Position numbers and translations under genes: made by a program
Shown: positions 61,925-64,000 of the stretch, in pieces
Numbering within the stretch: position 1 is the stretch's first letter
Layout of the letters: each line of letters opens with the position of its first letter
Notes under the pieces: model-generated
Databases searched by the model: none
Seen by the model: only the letters and a program-made list of their open reading frames with translations
Told to the model about the DNA's origin: nothing
Assembly (NCBI GenBank): GCA_963796965.1
Contig: CAWCNS010000008.1
Coordinates: 64,001 to 128,000, forward strand
DNA: 64,000 nt
Direction of reading: 5' to 3'
Source of the DNA: Calditrichia bacterium
Lineage (GTDB): Bacteria > Calditrichota > Calditrichia > JAJRVZ01

Positions 61925-64000
61925 TCACTTTATCACCGCAAATTTTCCAACTTTTTCCTTACCGGTCTCATTCGATTTTACATAATATACATACATCCCA
62001 GCCGCAATTTCTAAATCCTCCTTAGAAAGCAAATCCCAATGAACGATACCATTGCTCGGTTCGTTTTCTACATCGATTTTGTCAACTAATACACCGCTGG
62101 ATGTAAATATATGTATCTCAGAGCGCGCCGGGATGTTGGTAAACATGATTCTCCGCCGCTGGTTTAAAAATTTATTTGCCACTGCCGGTTCCATTGCATT
62201 GGCCATAATATATGGATTTGGTACAACTTTGATATCATCCATAGTGACTATTTAAACTTGCTTTATCTGCCTCCGCAGGGAATTCTGTTGTGAACATGAT
62301 CGAATCGGTTTCAGAAAACGGCCGTCTAAACTCAAACCGATAGACATCACCCGGTTTAGGTAATTGATTCTCATTTTCTGAGTCTAAGAAAATCAAAGCC
62401 GAATACGGTTCCTCCCCAGGAGATCAGCTTTGAGTTGCCAATTGTTCTCACAACAGCGTGACCTGCTATAATCCGGTCCTCCAGAACATCAAAGGTCCCG
62501 TTTGAATTTAAATCATCAACGACTAACTCCAACGTATCCGCTTTTCCAAGAAGATCAACGGCCGTTTGATTGACGACATAGAATGAGAATGCCTGATCGA
62601 AAAGAAAATTACCTCCTCCGCCATCAAGATTATTTATACCTGTCTTCTTATTTAAGCGATTCACATAAGCAGAATCTCTGTCACTAAAAACAATATCGTA
62701 TGTATAGGGAAATCCGTAATACTCATATGTACTGTTTTGGACATTGATGGGAGCATCACCAACCACCCAGCCGGTATTTTCATCATTTATCCCATTTCCT
62801 GGTGCAGGTGTTGCATGATCGGGGGAAAGTATCCGTTCATTCCAGTCATCTTTAGTTGAATTCCATCAAAGCTATCGCTAATTATCTCATCCGGGCGATA
62901 ATATTTCGTTTTGATAACTTTTGTTTTGCCGGAAAGGAGAGCAGTGACTTTATCATCCCGATTGATAATATTGTCAAAGGGAAAATGTAGGGTATCTTCC
63001 TGATAGACCATACTATTTCCCTCAGTCACATCATATACCTTAAATCCACTATTCAAGGTAACAAAATCCAGAGGATGTTTGTCATTTAGATTTCTTTGTA
63101 TGTATCCTAACGTATCAACTTTAAATTTTACCTTATAGGTATGATTCGGCTTTATAGAGTTTCTATCAAATATGTGTGGCCTGGCTTCTGCATTACCTAT
63201 CGGTGCCGTATCTTCTGATTTTAAGGAAGGATTTTGATAACCTGCAGCCAGTTGATGGGGAACGACAACGACTATATTTTTTCCCATTCGTATGACTTCT
63301 TCAGCCTCATCTAACTCGAGGGTGATATTGTTCTCAGTGGGAGAAATACCATCACCAATTTCAGGTGCCCCATAATCATAAGCGACAAGCGCATAATAAT
63401 ATGTTTTCCCGTTTTGAACCTGATCATCGACAAAATAGTGACTGATCCCCGTATCATCACCCAGATAGTATTCCACACCTCCAACCTCACCAAAATCAGC
63501 ATTACCCTTAATGTTATCTACCAGATCGCATTGAAAAATTGGTTTTTTGCTGGCTTTTGCACCCTGATTATCGGTAATGATTTCCGCATCCTGAAAATAC
63601 TTGTCCGTGGCACGATAAAGTTTATAACCCTCAAAATCATTAATTCTGCCTAAGAATGGTTCCCGGGTATATTTATCTGCAACATCATCCCAGGTTAAAA
63701 TAACCTGTCCATCACCTGGTGTTGCGGTTAAAGTGGGTAAAAGAGGAGGCTGCGCAAACCGGTAGTCTGACTCGTAAATAATTTGTGTTGTTGCCTTTAA
63801 AACAAAAAGATTTCTGGCAATGTGCCCTGGGGCAGAAATTTCATATAAACTCTCATAAGCATGGAGGAGGGCAACTGAAATTCGTTCTGTACGGCCTTTA
63901 AAAAGCGGAAAGGTTGATGATGTTGCTGCAAAACCTAATCTTTGCGGTGTTCCTCCGGTGTATTCCTCGAATACATGAGCGTTAAGGAAATCAAAACAGG
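61925..64000 (-). CDS. Paralogue of 58146..61760; 5' end lies outside the window; frameshifts at ~62790, ~62375 and ~62248
   Basis: ORFs 62787..63476, 62371..62766 and 61925..62242 align colinearly with the 1204-aa protein; the last 105 aa are 92/105 identical by hand count. Confidence 0.85.

Noticed and set aside
1..64000. Alternative genetic code or programmed frameshifting as the cause of split genes
   Set aside because: Splits are frame changes at unrelated sequences, and TAA, TAG and TGA all end intact genes.
1..64000. Integrase, transposase, tRNA or rRNA genes
   Set aside because: I recognised no tyrosine recombinase, DDE or HUH motifs and no structural RNA signatures by eye.

Overview
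Moderately AT-rich bacterial window. T9SS-type C-terminal sorting domains, a PorV/PorQ-family barrel and the absence of susCD suggest a Calditrichota/KSB1/FCB-like lineage; this is inference only. About 40 genes are present and all but one (27423..27719) lie on the minus strand. Many genes are split by single-base indels, which most likely reflects long-read consensus error. Content: (i) a large glycan-degradation region with GH116, GH10, four GH29, GH95, a GH141-like beta-helix protein, two GH2, GH31, GH92, a sulfatase, two deacetylase-like proteins and two sodium:solute symporters; (ii) an accessory tract at about 8.2-17.2 kb of small co-oriented genes of mixed GC content, with degenerate attC-like sites at several junctions; (iii) an S9 peptidase, a short SecA2-like ATPase and several small genes; (iv) at the right end, two tandem large paralogous secreted proteins with a variant C-terminal domain, followed by a PorV-family gene. 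The most unusual signal is non-coding. Several families of palindromic and 7/8/9-mer periodic repeats are nested inside one another, three 19-23 nt hairpins interrupt other repeats whose uninterrupted versions are also in the window, and homologous copies flank whole gene modules as direct repeats. I recognised no transposase, integrase, tRNA, rRNA or CRISPR array.
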